Of a stretch of DNA of 64,000 nt, positions 12,193 through 25,300 are shown in pieces. Below the pieces are notes generated by a model. The model was not told the origin of the DNA, did no database searches, and saw nothing but the letters and a program-made list of their open reading frames with translations. The DNA lies in assembly GCA_030265305.1 (NCBI GenBank), contig JASAOG010000079.1, forward strand, positions 301,331-365,330, given 5' to 3'. The DNA comes from Biomphalaria pfeifferi. Taxonomy: Eukaryota. The position numbers and the translations under genes are program-made. Position 1 is the first letter of the stretch. Every line of letters starts with the position of its first letter.

Positions 12193-12904
12193 ATGAAAAC
12201 AAACAAGAAGATATCAACCACAAGCTACGAGAAACCATAAGAAATTTTACAAAAGAAAAATGAAATCTGACCACACAATGATGACTATAGTTACAAAAAT
12301 GAAATTTCTAGAGTTTTACCTAGGTCTAGTCAGAAGTTTTTATGGATGCTGGTAGTACATACTTCACTGGCCCAGCCTTTGCATAAGAGGAGGAACTTAT
12401 GTTGATGGCTCATGAAAACTGGTGTGAATAAATGATTACCTTGTTGATGGGGCTCTCCTTAAGGGGGGGGGAGGAGTGCCAGTGAAGAGCGGATCTTTCA
12501 CCCTGGCGACAGGATAAAAACGAAGTCAAGAATGCATCGCAGTCTTTACAAGATCAGTGCTGAGAAAAAGAAGAAGCAAAAAAAAACAAACAAACAGAGT
12601 GAATCAAATAAATCTGAACAGGCTGACAACACAAATAAATAGGCAATGAATCATGATACAACTGACAATAAAAACATTCAACAATGACAAAAATTTCAGA
12701 ATGGACAAAAGAATGTTCCTTTATTAAGACTATACAAGAAAGCACAGAAGAATGTAAATCCAGAATGGACAATGAACCATATTTTTGACAACTGATTGCC
12801 TATGAAAACAAAGTAAAAACAGAAATGAAACCATAGAACAAATAGTTCTACCACAGACGAACAGAAAAATAATCATTGAAACAACACTTAGTATACCTTA
12901 TTTT

Positions 12905-12907
<3 letters not shown>

Positions 12908-12941
<34 letters not shown>

Positions 12942-12950
12942 GAAGTTAGT
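12908..12950. repeat. (TA)n microsatellite
   Basis: Direct reading. Confidence 0.95.
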
Positions 12951-12984
12951 CATGTTTGCCAGATAATAGTCCCTAATGGGTACT

Positions 12985-13135
12985 TGGTTGGGTGCTATAT
13001 ATTTTGGACTGTCATCTTGATAGTTCTGGGTTTGAACCCTGTCCACTATTCAGTTGGAGGCTTGGGCTTGGATGCAATAATTTTCAAATCTGAAAGAACA
13101 TCCAAAATACATTTTTTAAACAAACAAATAATTCA
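12985..13135 (+). mobile_element. Diverged SINE family A-like copy about 100 bp upstream of the TEP1 start codon
   Basis: gggtttgaaccctgtcc ... tctgaaagaacatccaaaatacatttttt aaacaaacaaa resembles the family A 3' half. Confidence 0.4.
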
Positions 13136-13230
13136 AAAATGATGTAGATGTGATTTATTATGCTTTTGACAGAGTATTTTTTTTTAAACAGTCATTCTAA
13201 TTGAGAGAGTCAGACGGAAAACAACTCACA

Positions 13231-13315
13231 ATGAGTGTGAATAAAAATCTAAATCCTTTATTGGATAAAAAGAGTAAAAATGACGTCACTAGTGGAGGCC
13301 TTTCCCTTACCTCAA
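13231..13315 (+). CDS. TEP1: TEP1 exon 1 ([28 protein letters not shown]), donor caa|gtaagt
   Basis: First in-frame ATG that joins exon 2 in phase; an alternative ATG at 13280 gives a stop after splicing. Confidence 0.55.
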
Positions 13316-16300
13316 GTAAGTATTTTTACTTTAGTAATCTTAATAATTATTGTATTGTATAGCTGTAGTTGTATGTTTTCATTAAGCAGAGGAAGGAATA
13401 AAAACCTGCATTGTTTCTAGAAGATTTTAATTTTTAGTTTTATATGTTCAAAATATTCTGTTTCCTAATTTTAATCTATGATATTTGTATAGAAAACATT
13501 TCTTTATTTCTATGGCTTTATGATTCTTGTTCGAAACATCACAATTGCAGAAATGTAATTAATTTTGCACTCCATTGTCATATTGTCACAATTTTCTCAG
13601 TTTTTGGCAATTTTAGGTTTAAATATTTGTTTTTTAACTTTCTTTTAGCTGCCTGTACAGTTTTGATACCTTGCTTTGTCTAATGATTGATTCTAAAAAT
13701 ACATTTTATTATTTCTCTTAGGTCTATTAACAGGTCAAAGTCTTCTAGCGAAATTCGACACAAGTACCAGGACATTCAAAACTGAAAACCAGAGTTTGTT
13801 GTCAACTAATTCATCAAAATTGCTAGCAACAGGATCCTCAACTTTACTATCAACTGCAAGCTTAAAACTGCTAACAACTGGCTCATCAGCATTGTCGACA
13901 ACTAGTCTAAACAATCCACTTTTAAGTACATGTAGCACTTTCAGTCCTTTAAGCAGTGACAAACCTTTGCTTAGTTCCCAAAAAACAGTAAATACTGAGG
14001 CTAAGCGCTCACCACTTTCCAAACCTCCACATCTGGAATCTGGCTTGAAGAAGTTGACATTGACTTCTGTTAAAGAATGTCCTCAACCATCTCATAGTGT
14101 GTCAGAAGTATCACATTTAAAGGAAACAAAATTGATGCGTGAAAGTAATGATAAAAAAAGTTTGTCCAAAAAAAGACTTTTAGGTAGCTCTTTGCAGACA
14201 GAGAAGAAAGTCAAATTAGTGTCAAGATCAGGAGACGTAATGAGTCAATCACTTAAGCAATATGCAGTAGAAGCTCCTGACTACTATATCAAATATGAGA
14301 AAGAAGATGAGTTTATGGAGTTTGAATTACCTCAGTTTGTTCTTCCAACTAAAGACATGCGACTAACTCACTCTGTGGGGAAATCTCTGGTTGACATAAC
14401 AGGAATCAAGGTAAGTTTCTTTAAAAACCATGATAGATAGATATTTATATATTCCCTCATCTTTACGAAAGAAATTAAATTTACATCATCGATTCCATGG
14501 CTGTGTTCTTAATGTCTTATGTTTAACTTGAATAATTTTATGATTTATTTTAATCCATCTGCTTGAGATTTTTAAGCATGTCATGATCTATGTCTACCAA
14601 TCAGAATGATACTAAATTAGGTTCATGCCTACCTAGTGAAAAGTTCATGTTCATTTAACAAGTAAAATACTATATGAATATTGAATTAATTTACTGTTTG
14701 TAACTCTTTTTTTCCAATGATTTTTCTTCCCTGGCTACTTAGGATTCTTTTCATTTTCATATTGAGTAGCTGCACTCTGTAGATTTCAATGTATTGCTTT
14801 TTTTAATAAACTTATGTATGTTCCTCTCTTGATACAGATCTCTTATAGTATCCAACAGGATATGAAGTACATTTTAAAAAATATTTCTCAATTTCACATA
14901 TTATTTTAGAGTTTGTCTTTCTAGCTTACACTAAAAAAATAAAAAAAATGTAAGAAAAAAAGATACACATTAGGCAATACTGCTTTGGAAAGTTTTTTCT
15001 GACTATCTTTATGACATTTTCTAACAATTTTTTTTTTAGCGAGGTCTAATAAACTGTGTCAGTGGATCCCTTATCTCTCAGCCAAACTTTGCCATCCCAT
15101 GGGATAAAACAAGGGAACAAATTACGGCTCAAGCCCTTGCAGTTATTCCTTATGATCCAGAGTTCATCTTAAAAGTAAGTATTAGAGAATTTTTTTATTT
15201 AACATTGTTGGGAATCTATCAGTCACCTAATGGTAAGTTTTAGACTGGAAAAATTAAAAAAGGTTTATGAGTACAGTAATAAAAGTTCCTTTTTTTTGAC
15301 TTGTAGACATATTTTGAGGAGGAAGTAGAACTAAGGCTGGATACCAAGTTTTCTTCTTTTGATCTTTTTTCTAACTGTGGTATTGTCATACTGTTTACAA
15401 GTAGTAACCGTGTGAGACTAATAAAGATGACTTAATAACATTTAGAATATTATGTACCTGACATTTTACCACTTTAAAGAAGTCTTTTTAAAAAAAAAAC
15501 GCATTTATATAGTGCATCATTCCTGCTTATAGCATTATCACTGCACTATGGTCCATTCTCAGTATATTATATATAAAATTGATAATAAGATATCCACTCT
15601 AGTCAAGTATTTTAATTTGCTTATTCTATCTTCTTAATTGTGGAATTATATTTGTATTATGTATTGTGCTGAAGTTTATCAACATGTTATGACCAGGATG
15701 TTAATTAATTTAATAATTTATATCTATTTTGTTGTATGACGTTTTTCATCAAATATTTTCTTATAAACTTAAAAAAGTAAAGGTCATTCTTAGTAATGTT
15801 GAAAAATTGTCTACTAGGTGGCGCTCTACTCTAGGAAGGAGTTAAACATAAGAACCACTTCAAACTTTCTACTAGCCTTAGCAGCAAGCGATAGCTCCTG
15901 CAGGGTGTTCATAAAGAAATATTTTTGCATCTCTGTAGCTCTGCCCTCTGACTGGATTGAGGTGGCTGAACTATTTCAGGTAATGTTTTCATCTTGGGTA
16001 ACATTGATCAACCTTCAGTAAGCAGTATGATCTTTCTCTGTTTTTTTTTTTAATACAGTCTGATGGATACTGGCAAAGCTGTCTTGAAACCAGAGGGATA
16101 GAGTAGCCATATTCTTTTTTATTTCATGCCATAATCCTAGATGTTAAAATCTCAAAGAAAATCTGAACACTTTGTGAAACAAATTACATTTGACTAAACA
16201 TATTTCTTGTATGAATGACATTGTACCTCAGCTTTTATAGACACTCAAAGCTAACATTTAATGCACATTGACTTCACTATACTATCAAAAAACAAAAAAC

Positions 16301-19300
16301 ATTATAACTATAAGATACCAAAGTGCACATTGACACCAGACACACTCATAATTTACATGTGACAAAGTTTATACCAGATTGTTCTTATTTAATGATTTGA
16401 TAGCTAGGGGAACAAAAGAGTGTTTGTGTCTGTTTGTCTTTGCCATCAGTGTCTTGTATCTCTTTTGTGATGGTAAAATCACAAAATCCTGACACAAAGG
16501 GTGATTCTTTATTTCGAGGATCTTGTTAGCTTTTTTATAGATGTTTGTCTCAAACAACTGCCCTAATGGGGTTTGTTTTTTGCCAATGATTTAACCAGCA
16601 GCATTTAGGATTCCATAAAGTTTATTTTTATTTTTAATGCTCAGATTGCCATACCCGGCAGTGATATTGAAACTTAAAATATTGCAGATGTGAGCATGAT
16701 AAAACATAGCTAAGGCCTTTTCGCTAACATTAAACGAGGACAGTTTTCTTAGTAATCGTAATCTTTGCTGCCCCTTTTTTGCTGAGATAATCAGTATTTG
16801 CAGTAAAATTTAGTTTATTGTATAGGATAGTACCCAATTTACAAATATTTTTTTCTATAAATATTAAATTATGACTTTTCAGACTTTAGTAGATAAAACT
16901 TTGAAACCAGGTGCTCTCCCTGCTGCCCTTAGAAAAGCAATGATTTCAAAATTTCCTGAGTTTGATAAATATCAACTGGGTGAGTTATCCTTATTATGCT
17001 AAATTTTATTTAGAATAAAAGTAATATTTATACTAGTTATTGAATTGGTTACACTATTGTTATAAAATTATAATTCATTCAAAAACAAAATGTAAAATTA
17101 AGCTTAATTTTGACTTGATTTATTAAAACCTTAAACAAAACAAACCAATTTTTAGATCTTGTTGTAGTCTGCTACTGTAAATCTTAGAAGTTTATTGTTT
17201 TTAGAAAACTTATGAAAGAAATGTTTCAGAAAGAAATTATGTATATTAAAAAATTGATTCGTACTTCTGAAATGTCAAAGCCATTCCATTATATTTTCTT
17301 ACTCTGAAATATGAACACTTTTTTTTTTCTTAATGGATACAAGCCAAGTACAACAAAGAAAGTTCTGGAAAGAAAAAAAAATCTAAAGCCAAAAAACTTG
17401 AAGATCAAACTAAAAGTAAAAATAAAAATCAGAAACAATCCAAAGAACAGGAAAAATCAGAGATGGATCATCGCCGTGGAGACAGAAAAGGAAAGCATAA
17501 AAAGCGGGGCTTTTTTGATAGTGATTCAAGTGATTCAGAAGATGAAGGAACATCAGCATTGAGACATGTTAGTTTATATCAATTTTTTTTTAACTACTTG
17601 CATGAAATCTAGAACTCATATTTATTAATTTTTTAAAATTCATTTCCTCAAATATACATTTGTTTTTTTCTTCAGCTCAATGTTTTGTATGATGATACAG
17701 AAAGTTTTGAGGAGTTAAGGAAACAAAAGTTTACTATCAAACAACTCATTAGAAAACTTCATATCAGAGAACCTGTTGAACATGTCATGTGTATCATTGG
17801 AAAAAAGTAGGTGACATATCTATTACTTCGTTTTGGGCTAAACTGATATTAAAAGATTAAGCTAAATTGATGTCTTGAACATTGAAGTAAATTGATGTTA
17901 TGAATATTGTTTCACATTGTAATTTGTACTGAAAATAAAAACTAATTCATAAGGCTTACTTTGCTTGTGCATGTTTTTAATGTCACTTTTAGATATCCCA
18001 ACACCATGGAAGAATTCTATAAAAGCCGCCTGCCAGGTATCTGGGAAGAAGAAAGAGCTGGAAAACGGATGAAGCTACCCATCCCAGAAACTTGGGAAAC
18101 TCAAGTCTCTTTGAAAGGCAACAAAGCCAAAACATGGGAGGATTTAATAGGTAACATTCTAAAGTCTATTGATAACCATCACTGGATTTTACTTGGTTCC
18201 AGTGAACTGTAATATGACATTTCTAGATGTGATAGAAAATGATTAATGGCCATGCTCTTTCATTACTATTTATTATAGCTTTTTATATAGCGCTACTTTC
18301 ATGCTTATAGCATGCTCAGAGCGCTTTTGGTCCAATATCATTTGTGGACCAGTGGGGGGGAGGGGGTATCTAGGAGTTGGTTTTCCATGCTGCCTTTAGG
18401 CGCTCAGTAAACACAACTCTGCCCAAGTTGGGTGTCAAATCTCGAGCCCCCTTCTAGGTAGCCAAGTTCAAGCGCACTTGGCCTCTCGACCACGCTTCCC
18501 ACCAGCAGGTTCTGGATCCTAATTGAGGTATCTAACTATATATAGTTAGAAACTATATATAGTTAGAAAATGGTTGTAAAGATATTTTCAATTAGATTTT
18601 TGATTTTCTGGTTTATTTCACATATCTTTGAAACTTACATGGTATGGGAAAGAACTGCTTTAATTAAAGATCACTGCTTTTTATTTCTTGTTGTGGTCAG
18701 ACCAATTTATCTTTCTTTTGCTAGCTACTTTCTTAATTATTTGCTTTAAACAAATCATTAGATTAGCTAGACAGACCAACAGATTAGCAAGATAGACCAA
18801 TATTGGGGATCATACTTAAAAATTGAAATTATAGACTCAAAAAATTATTGTAGTCCTTGACTTGAATGATGAATGTGAAATCACCAGATACTACAAAAAA
18901 TATGTCCTCTTCCCACTTACTGTAGTTTTACATATAGGTTTTATTTTATTTTTAATTAAAACATTAATTTTTTATCAAAAGCAGTGTCTGGTCTTGTCTT
19001 AAATATTACATATATTTATTTGTTCAATAAGTTACACATCTGACACTCAAAAAGTAATTTAAAGGTTCTATTAAAGTTACTTAAAGAAAGATCCAACTTT
19101 AATTTAGTTTCCCAATAATTTTTTAGATACCTGAATTAGGATCCAGAACCTGCTGGTTATCTGATCCAAAAATATTTTTCTTATTATTAGGTACAAGAAG
19201 CCTGAATCAACTGTGTATACTTTTATTTGATTGCAATACGGTTATATTTTTTCACTGACTTCAGGCATTGTACCACAGCAATTTAAGCATGCACTTGTCA

Positions 19301-22300
19301 AGCCCTTATTAAAGAAATCCAGTCTTGACCCGGAATGTCTAAAAAACTATCGCCCGGTATCAAATCTTCCCTTCCTGTCAAAGCTTTTGGAGCGCATCGT
19401 GTTAGTGCAAATTCTTTGTCATCTTGAACAGTACTGTCTCTTGGAAGAATTTCAATCTGCATATAGGAAGTGCCGTAGCACAGAGACAGCAGTGGTCAGG
19501 GTACTAAACGACTTACTTCACAATTCTGACAAAGGCCACATATCAATTCTTTCCATGCTGGACTTGTCCGTAGCCTTTGATACGCTAGACCATGAAATTA
19601 TGATGGCCAGATTCTCTGCAACTTTTGGTTTAGCAGGAGTCGTCCTAAAGTGGCTTGGATCCTACCTGACGGAACGCACCCAAAGTGTCATTAGCGGGAC
19701 GGAATCAACAAGCTTACTTTTGAAGTACGGAGTACCCCAAGGATCAGTTCTAGGCCCAGTACTGTTCACTATGTACACATATCCACTCAGTGGTGTCATA
19801 CGGCCAACCGGCATCTTATACCATTTCTTTGCCGATGACTCACAGTATATAAAATTCATCAGTACCCTCAGAGGTGTCGCATCTGGCAGAGAAAATCAGT
19901 AGTACCGTTGCAAGGGTGAGCAATTGGATGGTTGAAAATAAACTCAAGATGAACGAAGACAAGACAGAAATAATTAAGATTAGCACTAGGAACAATGTCT
20001 CAAAAGTTGAAAGCACAGATTCTCTCTTTATCACGAACTGCCATGTTCCTTTTGTCGATGTAGTGCGGAATCTTGGAGTTTTCTTCGACTCAACACTATC
20101 TTTCGACCCACACATAAGTCAGCTCTGCAAAGGTCTTTATCTGCAGCTGTGCAGATTAGGCCAGATCCGACCATATTTAACAACGGAGTCAACAAAAACG
20201 CTAGCTGTGGCATTCATACTCTCCCGCCTTGACTACTGCAACGCCGTGCTAGCAGGTATATCTGATGACAAAATAGCCAAGCTGCAACGTATACAGAACA
20301 ACGCCGCTCGAATAGTCCTTAAAAAAACTAGACAAGATTCTGCTACTATGCTCTTGCGCACGCTCCATTGGCTTCCCATGAAAGCAAGAATCGATTACAA
20401 GGTCGCCACACTTTGTCATCAGTGTATATATAACAACGAGATGCCCTTGTACCTTAGCAAACTGATTACTCCATATGTCCCCCAGAGAGCCCTGCGCTCA
20501 ATGGACTCAACGCTTTTAGTAGTGCCACGTTTCTCCCTCAAAAGCTACGGTCTGCGGGCTTTTTCAGTTCACGGACCAAAGGTTTGGAACTCACTCCCCA
20601 TGGATCTCAGACCGACAACATGCTACACCACTTTTAAGAAGAACATTAAGACCTATCTATTTAAAACTTTTTTAGATTAACTGTCATTTTAGCTCTCATG
20701 TTTTTGTTTGTAATGTTGTTACAAAGCCTTGAGCCTACATTTTGTTTGTTAACAGCGCTTTATAAATAAAATTATTATTATTATTATTATATTTGAATAT
20801 TTATGAAAACATACCTTTTTTTTTTCTTCCATCATTAAGATCACAAAAAACTTCCTTATATGGCCATGTTGAGAAATTTGAGAAACCTGATCAAGGCTGG
20901 CATCTCATCCAAACATCACAACTTTGTTCTCAAACGTCTTTGTGATCAAGTATTTTTAATTTCTTTCATATTTTAACCTTTTTGTTATATAGACAATATT
21001 TTGCTTTTTTTTTAAAAATTGAAAACTTAGCTCCACAATTGTGAGTTTTCAGTTAACATTCATTTAGAACCTAGGATTATAAATATTTAAAATTTGTGCT
21101 TATTTACTCTTAACATTTGTTTAGCTCTTAACATTTGTTTAGCTCTTAACATTTGTTGATCATGATGCTGTACTCCTACATAATCTTCTAATTTGAAGCA
21201 TTATTATTCACTATTGACAACAAAAAAGACTAATGCATTGTCCTCTTGGTCTCAGAGCTTTACTTGTTCACCACTTTAATCTGTATCATAGGTTGTTGGA
21301 ACATTGGGATCATCTATTGATGGGCTTGTTTTAGATTCTAGTGTGAATCAATTCCAATAAAATTTGATAGTATTGATAACTGGATATTTTTTATGCAATA
21401 TAATTGTGAGAATACATACTAAGGGCATACACACTAACTAAATGTTCTTTGAAAGATCTCATTGTGAAAGATAACTACATTCATAAATTGTTTTTGTTTC
21501 TCAGAAATCTGTTGTCAATAGTAAACAGTTTCCCTTTAGATTTTTCTCTGCCTATGTTGTACTGACAGAGCTGGAGGAAGCATATGAGAACAATCGTAAG
21601 TAAAATAGCTCTTAAAATGCCATCATGTAGGTCAATGATTAGTAGTGTTAAAAAAATCTAACTAGAATAGCTTGAACATTTTATGGTTGATTAGCGTTTA
21701 CATGTATAGTAACAATCAACTTAAATAAAAAGACCATTTTTTTTTAGTGTTCTTAGATAAATAGGCCTATTTTTAAAAATGTTTTGACATATGCTATAAT
21801 CATTAATATATTTTAATCTTAACTTCTGCTCTAGTATCAATAAATGTATTTTTTCTCACGTAGTATAGAAAAGAGATTAAAATAATCAAAAGCAATGTAA
21901 TGCTTTAGTTCCCAAACTTGTGTTGTTTTTAAAAAATAATTTTTTATATCACAGAGAGAGAAATCATTCAAGCTGCAGAAGCCCAAGCATCAACTGAAGC
22001 GGTAGGGGGCTTTTCTTCTTCAAGCAGAGGTGGTATGAGAGGTAGGGGCCTACGTGGTCGTGGCTCAGGTCGTGGTGGCTTGGGAGTTGTGCGAGGTTAG
22101 TTTACGAATATTTAACCTTAAGCTGATTGTTTTCATGAACTAAAAGTGTAGAGACTGGACTTGAAAGTAAATTAAAATTATTTCTTTGTTATGAAACATT
22201 TAATTAGGTCGAGTTCTAAAAACCTCTAAAAGAGGAGGTGCAAGAGGGAGAGGTTCCTCCTCCAAGTCTGGTAATGAGTTCCCTTGGTGGCTGCTGAAGA

Positions 22301-25300
22301 AAATGAAAAAGGAAGCTAAAGAAGGCATTAAGTAAATAAAGCTTACAAATTTATTTTTCCACTTAAAAAAATATTTTCATATGATATGTTGATTACATGA
22401 AGTCATTTTTATTATGTAATAATTTTCACTTTAAAAAATATTTTCATATGATATGTTGATGACATGAAGTCATTTTTATTATGTAATTTTATAGTGGTAC
22501 TTTGTATACAGCATTTTATTTTACTTAATGGGATTGAAACTTGATTCGTTGTGTTCACAGAGAAGTTCCCTATGACAAAAACTTACTTCAGAGGTACAAG
22601 AAATCTCTTGACACAGCGGTTAAAGTTGCAACAGTCCATAATGTTCAGCCCATCAAAGGGTGGACTGTTTTATTGTGTGATATTGGAGAGAACATGGACC
22701 AACCATGCAGTAGTGCTAAAGGCTTAGGAAAGCCAAGAACAGTAATATTATTTTTGATCAGTAAAGCTATTTAAAACAACAATAATAGTTTGTTATATAA
22801 TATGGGTAATTCATATTCTCTTTTAAAGTAAATTAAATATTATAAAACAGTAATACACTTATATCTATCTATAACAAGATTAATTACTTATGTGTTCTCT
22901 GTGACTTCTTTCATGATGGGATTACGCAATGTTCTCTGTGTGTATATTAGCTGAAAGAAATTTCTGTCCTTATGGGTCTGATGTGCAAGTACAGTTGTGA
23001 GCAGTGTGAGATGTTAGTCTTCTCAGAAACAGGATTTCAAATTGTGGAGCTTCAAAGGGGAACAATATTGGACAATATGGATGCTGTACTGAAGGCTCAG
23101 ATAACTAACTCTGTGAGTAGTAAACTTTTTAGGAATCCAAATGAGAAAACCAATTAGAAAAATAATAGGTTTGAATAGAATTGACTGGAACAATATTTTT
23201 TTCTTTCCTCTAATTCTGTTAAGATCTTGGAGCAAATAAACTTTACTTGGTTAAAAATGGAAATATTTGAAATCTTAGACCTAATAAAGAATGTTTTCAA
23301 TATATATTTCTATGTTGCATACATCAGTAGTGACATTCAAAGTATTTTATTCTAGCAGAATGAAATGGTTGAAGGAATTCCTTATGATGTGCTATTAGAA
23401 AAGCTACGTGACAGAATTCAAGTAAGTTGTTAGATGTTATTTAAAAATTTAATGCCATGAAATTGTACATCTTTAACAAAATTCATAATATTTCCCAGAT
23501 TGACAACCTACTAATATTTGGTGAAGACTTCTATCCATACACTCCTAAAGGGCGCCTGATTGGCGATTTCCTTCGCAATTACAGGCACTTAGTCAACCCT
23601 AACCTCCTGTATGTCTCTGTGACATTTTCAGGCTCAAAAGCAGGGTAAGATATCAGTTTGACATACTGTACATAAAGTGGTCTGACTTAGTTGAATATCA
23701 ATGTTATATGTTATAGAAACAAAGTGGTCAGACTTAGTTAAATGTTTCTATTTTTTAGAAACTGCAATTTAGTCTGTTGCTTAAAAAATGAACTTGCAAT
23801 GTTTTGTAGGTTTGTGATGAATATCCATCCAGAGCATGACAATGATGTGTACATCTCTGGTTACAGTGACTCCATTCTCAGGTAAGTTTGTCAAGACAAC
23901 ATTTGTATTGTATGAAAATGTCTCTTTTCTAGATCTAGTATGTCATTCTGAGAATCGTTCAGCATATAGTTCACTGCTTCATGCAATATAACATTTTTTT
24001 GCATTGCAATTACCTGTATCAACAGCTTGTCTTTTCATTTTGAAAATCAATTAATTATTTAATAGCAGGGCTTTTTTTGTGATGGTACGCACCGGTACAG
24101 AGTACCGGCACCATTTTGAAAAAATTATTACTTTTCTTATATTTTAACGTATATTATTAATTTTCAGTAGTTAAAAGTTAGGCAATCCACTACTGCAATC
24201 AACTACTGAGTAACTGCACATAATCATTGAGTACTGGCACCTAATTTTTTTTTTACAAAAAAAGCACTGTTTAATAGTATACAACACTCATTTACCTTAA
24301 GTCTAACAGTCATACTTGACATATTTTTCCTTTGCATTTTAAGTTACGGACAAGGTATATCAGGCTGATGGGACATGGCTTTTTATGCATGGACTGATAA
24401 ATTTGGCTGGCCGGTTCAAACGGTTAACATGAAGCTTGAAATTTATATTATGGAGCCTGGTTGCTGAGAGGTAAAGCACTTGGCTTCCAAACAGAGGGGT
24501 CCAGGTTCGAATTTTAGTGAAGACTGGGATTTTGAGCTTTGGGTTTTTTAGATGCCCCAAGTCCACCCAGTTCTAATGATATTAGTAGGGGAAAGTAAGG
24601 GTGGTTGGCTATTGTGCTGGCTTCATGATCCCTTGTAAACCTTAGACCATAGAAACAGATGAGCTTTACCTCATCTGCCCTATAGATTGCCATGCTGATA
24701 CTACTACTAACTGCTTCAAACTTATAAACTGAACAGACTCATTCTTTAGACCCTGAAACAAGCTCATCTCCTCTCTATATAGATTTTCAAACTGAAAGTT
24801 CTTTTAGTAGAAACAACGAAAACTTTTCATTTCTAATGTACTCCCCTTACATATATATTATTCTGTGTAGAAACTTGATTCCTAGAGAATGCGATGCATA
24901 AACAAATTCTTGTTAACATTTCTCTTGTGACCTTAATGTATACAATGCCATTACAAAATAAACTAATGCTGTATGTATATGCCTTACATGACAGGTTCAT
25001 TGCTGAGAGAGGAGATGCAGCTATGGTCAACCATGTTGATAGGATAGATGCTGCTTATCAACTTGTGCAAACTTCTAAATGCAAAGTCAAACAACAAGAA
25101 GACAAGCCACTTGTGCTGCCCAGGGCCAATACTTTCCAACTTACTCCCCCTATACCTAGGTATGAAATCCACAATTTTAGAATGCTTAAGATTTCTTTCT
25201 ATTTTACTAGATTAAGTAGTAAAAGAAATAAATATGTTTATATATAGATACACATAAAAAATAGTATTTATATCATTACACTTCATTTAAACAAGTTAGT

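Noticed and set aside
12077-12772. Minus-strand ORFs 12077-12274 and 12554-12772 upstream of TEP1
   Set aside because: Hydrophobic low-complexity translations of A-rich DNA with no recognisable domains or splice context; likely spurious.
13280-13315. Alternative TEP1 start codon ATG at 13280
   Set aside because: In that frame, splicing to the 13722 acceptor yields an immediate stop; the ATG at 13231 joins exon 2 in frame.
13735-14022. Minus-strand 95-aa ORF antisense to TEP1 exon 2, and other short antisense ORFs (e.g. 7550-7780+, 7787-8092+, 19662-19859-, 19840-20115-)
   Set aside because: Each is antisense to a well-supported coding region (TEP1 exon, hAT transposase, LINE RT) and has no independent support.
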